Shown one piece after another: positions 41,445 to 51,087 of a stretch of DNA of 64,000 nt. This DNA is from an uncultured bacterium (lineage in GTDB: Bacteria > 4484-113). A model generated the notes under the pieces. It worked only from the letters and a program-made list of their open reading frames with translations, did not search any database and was not told where the DNA came from. Position 1 is the stretch's first letter, and the number at the start of each line of letters is the position of its first letter. Both the position numbers and the translations under genes were made by a program. The stretch spans positions 102,882 to 166,881 of the forward strand of contig CAVVLL010000006.1 of the NCBI GenBank assembly GCA_963749125.1. Direction: 5' to 3'.

Positions 41445-42914
41445 CTAAATCCTACTTATTGAGCGAATCAGCGTCCCATCCGTATTGCGCAGGTTGACGA
41501 CAAGCGGCATTTGACCCGGCAGCGAATGCGTCGCACAGCCAAAACACGGATCGTAGGCGCGAAAAGCCATCTCCACCATATTCAGCATCGGCTCGGTAAT
41601 ATCCTTGCCGGCCTTGATAAGGCCTTGGGCGGCTTTCTTGATGGACATGCAGATAGGGGCGTTATTGTTAGTCGTGCCAACGATGAGGTTGGCGCGGACG
41701 ACGATGCCTTTCTCATCAGTGACGTAATGGTGCGTCAGGGTGCCGCGGGGAGCTTCAACGATACCAACGCCTTCCTTAGGGGTGGCGGTGGGAATAACGC
41801 GGTAGTCAGGTCCTGTGATATCAGCGTCGCGGGCGAGCTCGTATGCCCTTTCAGCAGCGTACATGATTTCTACACAGCGCGCCCAGTGGATCGCCAGCGT
41901 GGAATTAACAGGCTTGCCACCGAGAGTGCTATACATTCGCTCATACTCGGCCTGAGCCAGCGGAGTCGCCATACCGTCGGAAGCGTTTAAACGCGAGAGT
42001 GGGGTTGCGTGGTAGATTGATGTTCCATTACCTTCAGCAAAGCCCTTCCACCCAATCTGCTTCAAGTATGGGAACTTCAGGTAACTCCATGGCTCAACGT
42101 GCTCAGCAATAAAGTTCAAATACTCATCAGGTGAGTATTTGCATATCTCTTTGCCGTCAACGCCTGTCACGCGTACTTTGCCATCGTAGAAGTTGACCTT
42201 GTTGTTAGCGTCAACCAAGCCCATGTTGTTAATAACAAGCTGGTACGGGTCGGAGAGAATAAGGTCCACATAGTCCTTGTTTGCAAGGACGATATCGTCA
42301 AATATCTTAAGGGTTAGCTTGGCAAACTCAACGAAACGTTCGGTGATCTCCAGGACGCGCTTGTGCTCGTCGGGCTTAACCAAGCCCTTACTCATTCCGC
42401 CGGGAATCATATTTACCGGGTGGACGCGCTTTCCGCCGAGCATTCCTGCAATTTCATGGGCTTCTAGGCGCGTGCGGATTACTTCCTTGCCCAGCTCTAC
42501 GCCAACCTTGCCGATTACGCCGATGATATTACGCAGAGCAGGCGGGGCGTCGGGGCCCATAACGAAGTCGGGGCCGCCCAGCGCATAGAAATGCGTCGTG
42601 TGGTCTCCGACGAAAAACACTGAGTATTGCAGCTCACGAAGCTTAGCGGCTGTAGGAGGTAAAGTGACGCCATATACTGCATCACAGGCTTTCGCTGAGC
42701 ATGTTGAATGAGCCTCTGGGCAAACGCCGCAAATTCGGCTGGTGATGCGCGGAAGCTCCTCCACCGGCCTACCCTCTGCAAACTTCTCAAAGCCGCGAAG
42801 TTCCGGAACCTGGAAAAAGACGTTGTCAACGCTGCCGTCGTCTTTCAGGAATATCTCAATTTTCCCGTGGCCTTCCAGCCTCGTGATGGGGTCAATAGTA
42901 ATGCGGTTACCCAT
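41445..42914 (-). CDS. mvhA: [NiFe]-hydrogenase large subunit, group 3c (Mvh-type)
   Basis: ITRLEGHG, RGFEKF, L1 RICGVC, EAPRGTL.HHY, L2 DPCFGCATH plus a cleavable tail. Confidence 0.94.
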   Translation of the reverse strand: MGNRITIDPITRLEGHGKIEIFLKDDGSVDNVFFQVPELRGFEKFAEGRPVEELPRITSRICGVCPEAHSTCSAKACDAVYGVTLPPTAAKLRELQYSVFFVGDHTTHFYALGGPDFVMGPDAPPALRNIIGVIGKVGVELGKEVIRTRLEAHEIAGMLGGKRVHPVNMIPGGMSKGLVKPDEHKRVLEITERFVEFAKLTLKIFDDIVLANKDYVDLILSDPYQLVINNMGLVDANNKVNFYDGKVRVTGVDGKEICKYSPDEYLNFIAEHVEPWSYLKFPYLKQIGWKGFAEGNGTSIYHATPLSRLNASDGMATPLAQAEYERMYSTLGGKPVNSTLAIHWARCVEIMYAAERAYELARDADITGPDYRVIPTATPKEGVGIVEAPRGTLTHHYVTDEKGIVVRANLIVGTTNNNAPICMSIKKAAQGLIKAGKDITEPMLNMVEMAFRAYDPCFGCATHSLPGQMPLVVNLRNTDGTLIRSISRI

Positions 42915-43881
42915 CGGTTTTCCTCCTCACCAACAGTGAGTTAGCCATAGTGAAGCGGTATAACGTACCCGCAGGATCCTCTATTTGATCCATGACAGCA
43001 TTAACTTCTTCTTCATCGTTGCTGGCAACCAGCGAGCCGATGGCGGAAATCATTTTTGCGCCCATGTCCTCGACATCAGGCAGCGCACCGTAACACCCTC
43101 GGCAGGGCATCCCACACTGCAGGCACTGTGCGCCGCAACCCGACCTGGTCGCAGCGCCGAGGCAAACTAGTCCCTGTTCCAGCAGGCACTGGTCGCTGTC
43201 AGTCTTGAAGAGATGCGGGCGGTAAAACGCCGTAATGCGCTCATCGCGCTTGGTGTAGGGGCATTCCTCGCAAACCGACTTCTTGCCTGCACCGATAACG
43301 TTCCCCGGAGGAGGAAGTGCGCCGGTGACAAGCTGCTCTATCGCATTCCAAACCGTTTCAGGCGCGGGAGCGCAGCCGGGAAGGAAGTAATCGACCCTGA
43401 TCACGTCGGAGAGTTTACGCACGGTATTCCATAGCTCAGGCAATGTTAATTCGCATCCGGCCTCAGTGTGCTTGACCTGCGGCTCGATGCGCTGCGGGTT
43501 ATCCGTGCTCTCGGTCTCATGGTATGCGCGGTTCTTAATATCTTTCACCGTGAACAGGTTTGCCAAGGCCGGTATACCGCCATCGCAAGCGCACGAACCG
43601 TAAGCAATTAGCACCTTGCTCTTCTTGCGAAGCAGCTTGGCAACATGCTCATTTTCAGAGCTGCGGATAGCTCCGTTGATAAAAGTGACATCCAGGGCGC
43701 CGTCTGGCATTGCTTCAATGTCCTTGTATTTCGTATCAACAAGACACGGGCAGAAAACCAAATCAGCAAGCTCAACGACCTTGAGTATCCTGTCGCCGAT
43801 TTCAAGCAGCGATATCTCGCAGCCGCCGCAAGAGGCCGCCCAGTAAAACGCCAGCTTAAGTTTTTCTGATGTAGCTTCCAT
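42907..43881 (-). CDS. mvhG: [NiFe]-hydrogenase small subunit, Mvh-type
   Basis: ASCGGC, GSCA..GGI, PGCAP, C..C, CL..QG..C.G..T..GC...C...CRGC.G. Confidence 0.92.
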   Translation of the reverse strand: MEATSEKLKLAFYWAASCGGCEISLLEIGDRILKVVELADLVFCPCLVDTKYKDIEAMPDGALDVTFINGAIRSSENEHVAKLLRKKSKVLIAYGSCACDGGIPALANLFTVKDIKNRAYHETESTDNPQRIEPQVKHTEAGCELTLPELWNTVRKLSDVIRVDYFLPGCAPAPETVWNAIEQLVTGALPPPGNVIGAGKKSVCEECPYTKRDERITAFYRPHLFKTDSDQCLLEQGLVCLGAATRSGCGAQCLQCGMPCRGCYGALPDVEDMGAKMISAIGSLVASNDEEEVNAVMDQIEDPAGTLYRFTMANSLLVRRKTDG

Positions 43882-43890
43882 AAGAACCTC

Positions 43891-44361
43891 TTATTCGCCT
43901 AAAACCGCTTTCCAGTTCAGCGGGCCAAGCTTACGGACATCTTCGGTGATTTTATTCACGACTTCGGCGAATTTCTCGCCTTCGGAAGCGGATACCCATT
44001 CCAGTTGAACGCGTTCTTCCTCAATCCCGTATTGCTTCAGCAACTTCTGCAGCAAGGGGAAGCGCGCGACTGTTTTCATGTTGCCGTTGATATAATGGCA
44101 GTCACCGGGGTGGCAGCCGGCAATCAGAACACCATCCGCACCGCCTGCTAGCGCATGCAGCACAAAGCTGGGATCCACGCGCCCAGAGCACATGACGCGG
44201 ATTACTTCAACGTTAGGGCTGTATTTTATGCGGCTTGTGCCGGCAAGGTCAGCGCCTGTGTATGAGCACCACCAGCAAAGAAAGCCGACGATGCGCGGCT
44301 CAAAAGCGCCATGAGGGGCCGCTTCATTTGCCGTCTTAGCCTGGGTAACAGTCTCAGACAT
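43891..44361 (-). CDS. mvhD: MvhD [2Fe-2S] adaptor subunit
   Basis: FLCWWCSYTGADLAG, RVMCSGRV, GCHPGDCHY, WVSASEG. Confidence 0.96.
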   Translation of the reverse strand: MSETVTQAKTANEAAPHGAFEPRIVGFLCWWCSYTGADLAGTSRIKYSPNVEVIRVMCSGRVDPSFVLHALAGGADGVLIAGCHPGDCHYINGNMKTVARFPLLQKLLKQYGIEEERVQLEWVSASEGEKFAEVVNKITEDVRKLGPLNWKAVLGE

Positions 44362-44390
44362 ATCCGTTCTCCTAGAACAACATCAAGGAA

Positions 44391-47390
44391 TTACGCCTGC
44401 AGCAGGGCGTTGAGCTCCTGGACAATCTGGATATCATCGAATCCCCATTGTTGGGCAGCTCCGCTCGGGCAGCCTGCAATACAGGTTCCGCAACCTTTGC
44501 AAAGCGCCTCGTTGATCTCTGCCTGGCGAGTCGTCTCGTTGCGGTGGATTGCATCAAACGGGCATACGGTAAGGCAGGTGCCGCAGCCGGTGCAAAGCGT
44601 GATGTCAATGTGAGCCGTCGTCGGCTCAAGAACGACTTCTCCGGCGTGTATCAACGACATCGCAGCCCCGGCAGCAGCAGCGCCCTGGGCGACGCAGTCG
44701 GGAATATCCTTTGGCCCCTGGGCGCATCCGGCGATGAAGATGCCGTCGCTGGCAGTATTCACTGGGGCCAGCTTCGGGTGCTTCTCCAGGAAGAAGCCGT
44801 CAAAGCTGCGCGATATCTTGAAAAGGTGCTGGATTTTCTCCTGGTCCGCCGCAGGCTCAAGGCCGACGGCGAGAATGACCATGTCCACAGGTATCTCGCG
44901 CGGCACGCCGAGCAGCGTGTCTTCGCAGCGGACGTAAAGTTTGCCCCTCTCGCGCTTGCCGTTGTTCTTCACCGGCAGCGAGGGGAAGTCGCTGACTTCC
45001 GCCGCTTTTCCGCGAATGAAGTGGACGCCTTCGTTAAGCAGGCGGTTGTAGAACTCTTCGTAACCCTTGCCGAAGCACCTCATGTCAATATACATCTCGT
45101 AGATGTCGCAGTGCTCGTTCTTTTCCTTAATCAGATGAGCCAGCTTGAGGCTGTACATACAGCACACGCGTGAGCAATGTTCGTTGAAGTGCTTATCACG
45201 GCTACCGATGCAGTGCAGCAGAGCGATTGCCTTCGGCTCGTTGCCGTCCTTCTTGAGAATTTTGCCGGCGGTCGGCCCGGAGGCATGCGATATGCGCTCA
45301 AATTCAAGCGATGTATAGACGTTATCATAGCGCCCATAGCCGTATTGTGTCGCCAGGGCAGCGTCAAACACCTTGAAGCCGGTCGTGATGATAATGCTGC
45401 CGACTTCCAATTCGCGCACTTTATCCTCGGCGAAGTGGTTGATGGCCATGGGACCGCATACCCGCGAGCACTCCCAGCACTCAACGCACACGCCGCAAGT
45501 GAGGCAACGCGCAGCCTCGCGTTTTGCGGCCGCTTCAATCTCCGCAGGAGACGGCGAAGCGCCCTTGTCGTAGAGCTTTTCGCGACCCGCATGAGGGACG
45601 TTGGAGTAGTCTTCATTCCACACAGGATTGATATAATCGCTGCGCTTCATCACCGAGGTATCGCCCAATGGCTCAACGACTTTCGTGATGTCTTCGCCGC
45701 GCAAGAATGCGTCGGCTATCTTCGCGAGGTCGGTGCCACGGCGCAGCGGATGGACAATCATTACAGGGCTTGCGGTGACGAGGCCGGCGGCGAACACACC
45801 GGGGATGGAGGTTTCGCCTGTTATGGCGTCGGTAATCTTGAACTCAACTCCGCCGAGGTTGCCACCTGAGGCGTCAACCGTGCCCTTCTTCTCTTCTTCC
45901 CATCCACGGGCGATGATGATTACCTTAAATCCCTGAGCCTTCAGCGAATCAGGAGTAATGCCCTTGTCGTCAAGGATGGCCACGCCCATCCTCTTCAAGT
46001 AGTCCAGGTCCAGCGCAGTCATCTCGTCGGGGACGCGGTCGGAAAGCCCAAGTTCCTTAATCGGGTCGGGCGTGAACAGTGTCGGGGAGTATCCCATCTT
46101 GGCGAGTTGGAACGCCGCGCCGATGCCCACAGGCTTCGCGCCTATAATAGCTATCTTCTCATCCCTGCGCACTGCAGGTGCGGGCGGGGTAATTTCAATC
46201 TTGTTCTTCGCCGCCCATTCAAGCGGGAAGCGCTTCAAGTCGCGTATAGAGATGCTCTTCTCAACGTGGTCGCGTTCGCACCACTTCTCGCAGGGGTGGT
46301 AGCAGACCCAGCCGCAGGCTGAAGGAAGCGGGTTGTCGCGGCGTATAACCTCCACGGCCTCCTTATACTTCCCTTCGGCAATCAGCACGAGGTAGCCGGG
46401 GACTTCCTGGCTAACCGGACAGGCTACTTTACACGGGGCAGGACCGCGCTTATCGATGATATATTTGTTGGGGACCGCCTGCGCGAACGGCCGGTAGATG
46501 GCGGCTCGGTCGCTCAATCCGACATTGAACTCGTCAGGGACGTTGCGCACCGGGCAGACCACAGCGCAGTTTGAGCACGATGTGCAAGTAGTAAGGTCAA
46601 CATAGCGCGCCTTCTCACGGATGCGCACCTTGAAGTTGCCAACAAAGCCCGAAACGTTCTCAACGTCGGTAAACGAGAGCAGTTCAATATTCTTGTTACG
46701 CCCGACTGAGACCATCTTGGGCGTGAGGATGCAGGCTGCGCAGTCCAGCGTGGGGAAGGTCTTATCAAACTTCGCCATGTGGCCGCCGATGGAAGGCTCC
46801 TTCTCCACGAGGTAGACCTTATGCCCGCCTTCGGCGAGCTTTAGGGCGGCTTCAATGCCTGTGATGCCGGCACCCACGACCAATGTGTTGGGGTTCACAG
46901 ACACCTTGCGGACTTCAAGTGGATGCTGGAATACGACACGGCGGACGGCTGCGCGCACAAGGTCTTTGGCCTTTTCCGTCGCGGCTTTCTTATCCACATG
47001 CACCCAGGAGACTTGCTCGCGGATATTAGCCATCTGCATCATGAACTGGTTCAAGCCTGCATCTGCAGTCGCCAGCCTGAATGTCATCTCGTGCATCAAG
47101 GGGGAGCAGGAAGAGACGACGATGCGCGTGAGCTTGTGTTCTTCGGTGAGTTTCTTGATTAGGTCCTGGCCCGGGTCGGAGCACATGTACTTGTACTCGA
47201 CCGCCACGACGACGCCAGGAAGCGTCTTGGAGTATTCAATCAGCTCATCAATATTCACTATCTGCGAGATGTTCGTCCCGCAGTGGCAGATGAAAACCCC
47301 TACCCGCTCTTTCTCAACGACCGAACGGTAGTATTCTTCGTCCGTAAAGGATTTCATCTTCTTGCCGTTACCTTTTGAGATATCCATCAT
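44391..47390 (-). CDS. hdrA: Heterodisulfide reductase subunit A with a GltD-like insertion (HdrL-like)
   Basis: FICHCGTNI, MCSDPG, CSP, ANIREQ, GAGITG, DKTFPTLDCAAC, CIGSRD...CSRVCC, GPKDIP and C-terminal 2x[4Fe-4S]. Confidence 0.93.
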   Translation of the reverse strand: MMDISKGNGKKMKSFTDEEYYRSVVEKERVGVFICHCGTNISQIVNIDELIEYSKTLPGVVVAVEYKYMCSDPGQDLIKKLTEEHKLTRIVVSSCSPLMHEMTFRLATADAGLNQFMMQMANIREQVSWVHVDKKAATEKAKDLVRAAVRRVVFQHPLEVRKVSVNPNTLVVGAGITGIEAALKLAEGGHKVYLVEKEPSIGGHMAKFDKTFPTLDCAACILTPKMVSVGRNKNIELLSFTDVENVSGFVGNFKVRIREKARYVDLTTCTSCSNCAVVCPVRNVPDEFNVGLSDRAAIYRPFAQAVPNKYIIDKRGPAPCKVACPVSQEVPGYLVLIAEGKYKEAVEVIRRDNPLPSACGWVCYHPCEKWCERDHVEKSISIRDLKRFPLEWAAKNKIEITPPAPAVRRDEKIAIIGAKPVGIGAAFQLAKMGYSPTLFTPDPIKELGLSDRVPDEMTALDLDYLKRMGVAILDDKGITPDSLKAQGFKVIIIARGWEEEKKGTVDASGGNLGGVEFKITDAITGETSIPGVFAAGLVTASPVMIVHPLRRGTDLAKIADAFLRGEDITKVVEPLGDTSVMKRSDYINPVWNEDYSNVPHAGREKLYDKGASPSPAEIEAAAKREAARCLTCGVCVECWECSRVCGPMAINHFAEDKVRELEVGSIIITTGFKVFDAALATQYGYGRYDNVYTSLEFERISHASGPTAGKILKKDGNEPKAIALLHCIGSRDKHFNEHCSRVCCMYSLKLAHLIKEKNEHCDIYEMYIDMRCFGKGYEEFYNRLLNEGVHFIRGKAAEVSDFPSLPVKNNGKRERGKLYVRCEDTLLGVPREIPVDMVILAVGLEPAADQEKIQHLFKISRSFDGFFLEKHPKLAPVNTASDGIFIAGCAQGPKDIPDCVAQGAAAAGAAMSLIHAGEVVLEPTTAHIDITLCTGCGTCLTVCPFDAIHRNETTRQAEINEALCKGCGTCIAGCPSGAAQQWGFDDIQIVQELNALLQA

Positions 47391-47403
47391 TGGCTCCTGC
47401 GCA

Positions 47404-48273
47404 TTATGCGAATTGCGCTACCACCTTGTCGGCTGATTCAAGCTCAAGCCCAAACCCAAGTTCTTTTTTGGACAAACCAAACGCCAAGCCCATTAGCTGG
47501 GTGAAGTACAGAATGGGCATTCCAGTATTGTCACCAAGGTAAGCTTTCACTTCCGGCTGGTAGAAATCAAGGTTGAGGTGGCAAAGCGGGCAGGCTACTG
47601 AGATGCAGGACGCGCCAGCCTCTTTAGCGCAGCTTATAAGGCCTGCGACGTTCGGGATGAGCTTCGCAGTCTCTGTGTTGGTTACCATTCCTCCACAGCA
47701 CTTAGCTGTCAGCGGATATTCTACCGGCTCAGCGCCTATCGCCCTGATAAGGCGGTCCATTACATCTGGCTTTTCCTTTGAGTCGATCTCGCCATATGGG
47801 CGAGTAATCATGCAGCCGTGGTAGCAGGCAACTTTCAGTCCGGTGAGGGGCTTCTTCACAGCCTTGGCGATCGCGTCAAGGCCGATGTCTTTGACTAGCA
47901 CATCAAGAAGATGGCGCACGCGCAGCCCGCCATCGTATTCAAGCCCAGCGGTTTTGAGCGCTTGGTTCATCATTGACGCGAATTCAGGTTCTTTTATGAA
48001 GTAGTGGTTGGTCTTTAGCAGCGTAAGATAGCAGGCGGGGCAAACGGCTACTAAATCAGTCGCACCCGTTTTGCGAGCTATTGCTAGGTTGCGGATGCTA
48101 TTTCCGTGCGATACGAGCTCGTGCACTGCCATGTAAGTAGTGGCGCCGCAGCAGTTCCAATCCTCAACGTCCTTGAGCTCATGTCCCAGCGCTTTCACGA
48201 CTGCGCGGGCGGAGCTGTCATACATCTTCGCCGTATATTCAACAGAGCAGCCTGGATAATAAAGCAGTTCCAT
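47404..48273 (-). CDS. hdrB: Heterodisulfide reductase subunit B
   Basis: Two CCG domains: YYPGC..WNCCG..CPAC and YHGC..CCGG..CPLC..NLD. Confidence 0.93.
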   Translation of the reverse strand: MELLYYPGCSVEYTAKMYDSSARAVVKALGHELKDVEDWNCCGATTYMAVHELVSHGNSIRNLAIARKTGATDLVAVCPACYLTLLKTNHYFIKEPEFASMMNQALKTAGLEYDGGLRVRHLLDVLVKDIGLDAIAKAVKKPLTGLKVACYHGCMITRPYGEIDSKEKPDVMDRLIRAIGAEPVEYPLTAKCCGGMVTNTETAKLIPNVAGLISCAKEAGASCISVACPLCHLNLDFYQPEVKAYLGDNTGMPILYFTQLMGLAFGLSKKELGFGLELESADKVVAQFA

Positions 48274-48905
48274 TATCCCTTGTCCTCCTTCGCCAGCTTC
48301 TTAGCCTCAAGCTCGGCGAGCTTCTCGCGGATGGAGTTCATCTGTCCAATTCCCTTGATAGGGCGACCGCCGAACGGCAGGGGCATCCTACCCTTCATGA
48401 ACATCTGCAATCCCCTTAACGCGACGCCTAAAGCAGAAAACGGGTTGGTCGTCAGGTAGTATTGCATCATGAGGGTAGTTTCGTTGCTGCGCCCAAGCCG
48501 GTTGGTCAAGCTGATGAATAGGTTGGCCATCTTCGCAGCCTTCGCCCCGGAAGATGGATAACCGTGCATAATGCCGAGCCTTTTGAGCTCATACATAATG
48601 TCGGTAATGCGGATCTTCTGCGGGCAGCGCACGGTGCAGTAATAACAGGAAGTGCACATCCAGACCGTGTTGCTGTGCAATACACGGTCTAGCATCCCCG
48701 CACGAAGCGCAGCGAATATCTCGCGCGGCGAGTACTCCATCTCGTGCGCGGTTGGGCACGAGCCGCTGCAAGTTCCGCACTGGATACAGAGGTTGATCCT
48801 CTTCCCGTCAGGCAGCCCGTAGACATGGTTGAGGAAAATCCGCGAGAGCTCAGGCGGGGCAAACTTGCCCTTCCGCCCCTCTGAAAGCATCTCTGTTCGC
48901 GTCAT
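48273..48905 (-). CDS. hdrC: Heterodisulfide reductase subunit C
   Basis: CIQCGTCSGSCP and WMCTSCYYCTVRCP; AAGGAG SD before ATG 48905. Confidence 0.93.
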   Translation of the reverse strand: MTRTEMLSEGRKGKFAPPELSRIFLNHVYGLPDGKRINLCIQCGTCSGSCPTAHEMEYSPREIFAALRAGMLDRVLHSNTVWMCTSCYYCTVRCPQKIRITDIMYELKRLGIMHGYPSSGAKAAKMANLFISLTNRLGRSNETTLMMQYYLTTNPFSALGVALRGLQMFMKGRMPLPFGGRPIKGIGQMNSIREKLAELEAKKLAKEDKG

Positions 48906-49062
48906 ATCAAGACTCCTTAGAAATGCAGGGCACACAAATGGTTGTGTTGGAAAATGCGTGAATGCCGCAGTGCGCATCCCATGCGCTTCCTGCTGCACGT
49001 GGCGTTACTAAAAGATAGCGGTTATTCATCACCAGAAAGGCCGCGAACTTACCGCGACCCCA

Positions 49063-49078
49063 TGTGAAAACATTCACA
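49063..49078. promoter_or_regulatory. Putative Rex operator in the hdrC leader
   Basis: Perfect core palindrome TGTGAA-AACA-TTCACA. Confidence 0.65.
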
Positions 49079-49172
49079 GATTCTGCTGTTCAGCTGTAAT
49101 GCTGACATGTACCGCCAATCGGCCTCCGGCCTGATTTGAGGTGTTCCGGCGTGTTCAGAATCAAGCCTGCGT

Positions 49173-49201
49173 AGTATACCAGCATACATGCCGCTTGTGA
49201 A
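49173..49201 (-). promoter_or_regulatory. Putative sigma70 promoter for the hdr-mvh operon
   Basis: TTCACA-17 bp-TATACT on the minus strand. Confidence 0.55.
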
Positions 49202-49221
49202 GGGCTCTACATGCTGCGATT

Positions 49222-51087
49222 CTACTTTCTGACGATGGCGTCGGCCGGGCAAATCTCGATACAGGCACCGCACTTCACGCACTCGGCGGGGTCGATGACG
49301 CGCAGATCGCCCTTCTCCCGGGCATCGCCTGCGGCCGCGCTTATCGCTGATGATGGGCAGATTTTCTCGCAGATCGCGCAGCCCGTGCAGAGGTCTGCCA
49401 AGATGCGGTAAGTGATCAGCGCGGAGCACACGCCTCCTGGGCAGCGCTTGTCCAGGATATGTGCCAGATACTCGTCCCTGAAATACCTGATTGTTGAAAG
49501 CACGGGGTTGGGAGACGAGCCGCCTAGCGCGCACAGCGAGCAGTCGCCGATGGACTTGCCAAGGCGCTCCAGGGCTGCCAAATCATCTTCCGTCCCTACC
49601 CCATCACAGATGCGGTGGAGCAACGCGGACATTTGACGAAGCCCCTCGCGGCAGGGAAGGCACTTCCCACACGATTCCTCAATCAAGAAATCTATGAAGT
49701 ACCGCGCGACATCAACGACGCACGTGTCTTCGTCCAGGATAATCATGCCGCCTGAGCCCATCATTGAGCCGGCTTTTGTTAGTTCGTCAAAGTCAACCGG
49801 CATATCCAGCATGCTTTCAGGGACACAACCGCCGGAAGGCCCGCCGGTCTGAACCGCCTTGAAGGCCTTGCCACCCTTTATGCCGCCGCCGATGCCGAAG
49901 ATGATGTCGCGCAGGCTGATGCCCATTGGCACCTCAATCAGGCCCGTGTTTACTACTTTTCCAACGAGCGAGAAAACCTTGGTGCCCGGGCTCTTTTCGG
50001 TTCCTATTGCACGGAACCACTCAGCACCTTTGGTGATGATGTTTGGTACGTTGGCCCAAGTTTCAACATTATTCAAAAGCGTCGGCTCGTCGTGGTAGCC
50101 TCGCTCAACTGAATGAACGTATTTGGCGCGCGGCTCTCCGACTTTGCCTTCCAGGCTTCTAAACAGCGCGGATGATTCGCCGCAGACGAATGCGCCCCCG
50201 CCCCGGGATACGCGGATATCAAAGCTCAGCACCGAGCCGATTATGTTCTTGCCCAGCAAACCATATTCACGCGCTTGCTTAAGTGCATTGGTGAATGTCT
50301 TGACCGCGAGCGGATACTCATTGCGGATATAAATGAAGCCGCCAGTCCCGCCGATAGCATATGCGCCAATGAGCATCCCTTCAATGACCAAGTGGGGATT
50401 GCCCTCAAGTATGGACTCGTCCATGAACGCGCCTGGGTCACCTTCGTCGGCGTTGCAGACGACATGGTGCGGCTTACCAGGCTGGGCGTTTTTGCAGCTG
50501 CGCCACTTGCGCCCTGCATCAAAGCCGCCGCCACCCCGCCCTCTCAGTTTAGCCTTCTCCACTTCCACGAGCACCTCGTCTGGCGACATCTGGTGGATTG
50601 CTTTAGCCAGGGCGCTGTATCCGCCGTAGGCGATGTAGTCGTCTATATTGTTGGGATCTAAAGTCGTATTGTAGGCGAGTAAGATTCTCTTCTGCTTGGC
50701 GTAGAAGGGCATCTCGGCTTCATTTTCGAGCGCCTTCCCGCTAGCCTTATCGTGGTAGAGCAGCCGTTCAATCACCTCGCCCTTGCGAAGCGATTTCTCT
50801 ACGATTTCTGCGACATCTGATGGCTTCACGCGCTGATAGACGACGCCGAGCGGGCGGATATTAACCAGCGGGCCAATTTCGCAGAAGCCATGGCATCCGC
50901 TCCTAATGAACTTCACCTTTTCGTTGCCTTCAAGCGCTTTTTCAAATGCTGTGGCGATGTCACGTGAGCCTATCGCGCAACATGCAGTTCCGTGGCACAG
51001 AGACACGGCTATCGGGAACGCCTGAAGCTTCTTCAGAGCTTCACTTTGGTAGGACTTCAGTACTTCGGGTGACGTCAGCTTAGGCAT
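49222..51087 (-). CDS. nuoF: NuoF/HydB-like NADH- and FMN-binding subunit with N-terminal [2Fe-2S] and C-terminal 2x[4Fe-4S]
   Basis: LRGRGGGGF, CNADEGDPGAFMD, GAFVCGE, NNVET, GGPSGG, ESCGKC.PCR, two CxxCxxCxxxCP. Confidence 0.9.
   Translation of the reverse strand: MPKLTSPEVLKSYQSEALKKLQAFPIAVSLCHGTACCAIGSRDIATAFEKALEGNEKVKFIRSGCHGFCEIGPLVNIRPLGVVYQRVKPSDVAEIVEKSLRKGEVIERLLYHDKASGKALENEAEMPFYAKQKRILLAYNTTLDPNNIDDYIAYGGYSALAKAIHQMSPDEVLVEVEKAKLRGRGGGGFDAGRKWRSCKNAQPGKPHHVVCNADEGDPGAFMDESILEGNPHLVIEGMLIGAYAIGGTGGFIYIRNEYPLAVKTFTNALKQAREYGLLGKNIIGSVLSFDIRVSRGGGAFVCGESSALFRSLEGKVGEPRAKYVHSVERGYHDEPTLLNNVETWANVPNIITKGAEWFRAIGTEKSPGTKVFSLVGKVVNTGLIEVPMGISLRDIIFGIGGGIKGGKAFKAVQTGGPSGGCVPESMLDMPVDFDELTKAGSMMGSGGMIILDEDTCVVDVARYFIDFLIEESCGKCLPCREGLRQMSALLHRICDGVGTEDDLAALERLGKSIGDCSLCALGGSSPNPVLSTIRYFRDEYLAHILDKRCPGGVCSALITYRILADLCTGCAICEKICPSSAISAAAGDAREKGDLRVIDPAECVKCGACIEICPADAIVRK

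Noticed and set aside
41445-47390. Selenocysteine in MvhA, MvhD or HdrA
   Set aside because: The relevant positions are ordinary Cys codons and there is no in-frame TGA
49195-49212. Second Rex site TTGTGAA-GGGC-TCTACAT
   Set aside because: Only one good half-site, which is also explained as the -35 element
49049-49534. 161-aa ORF overlapping the nuoF 3' end
   Set aside because: Alternate frame of nuoF running through promoter and operator DNA; Arg-rich and non-protein-like
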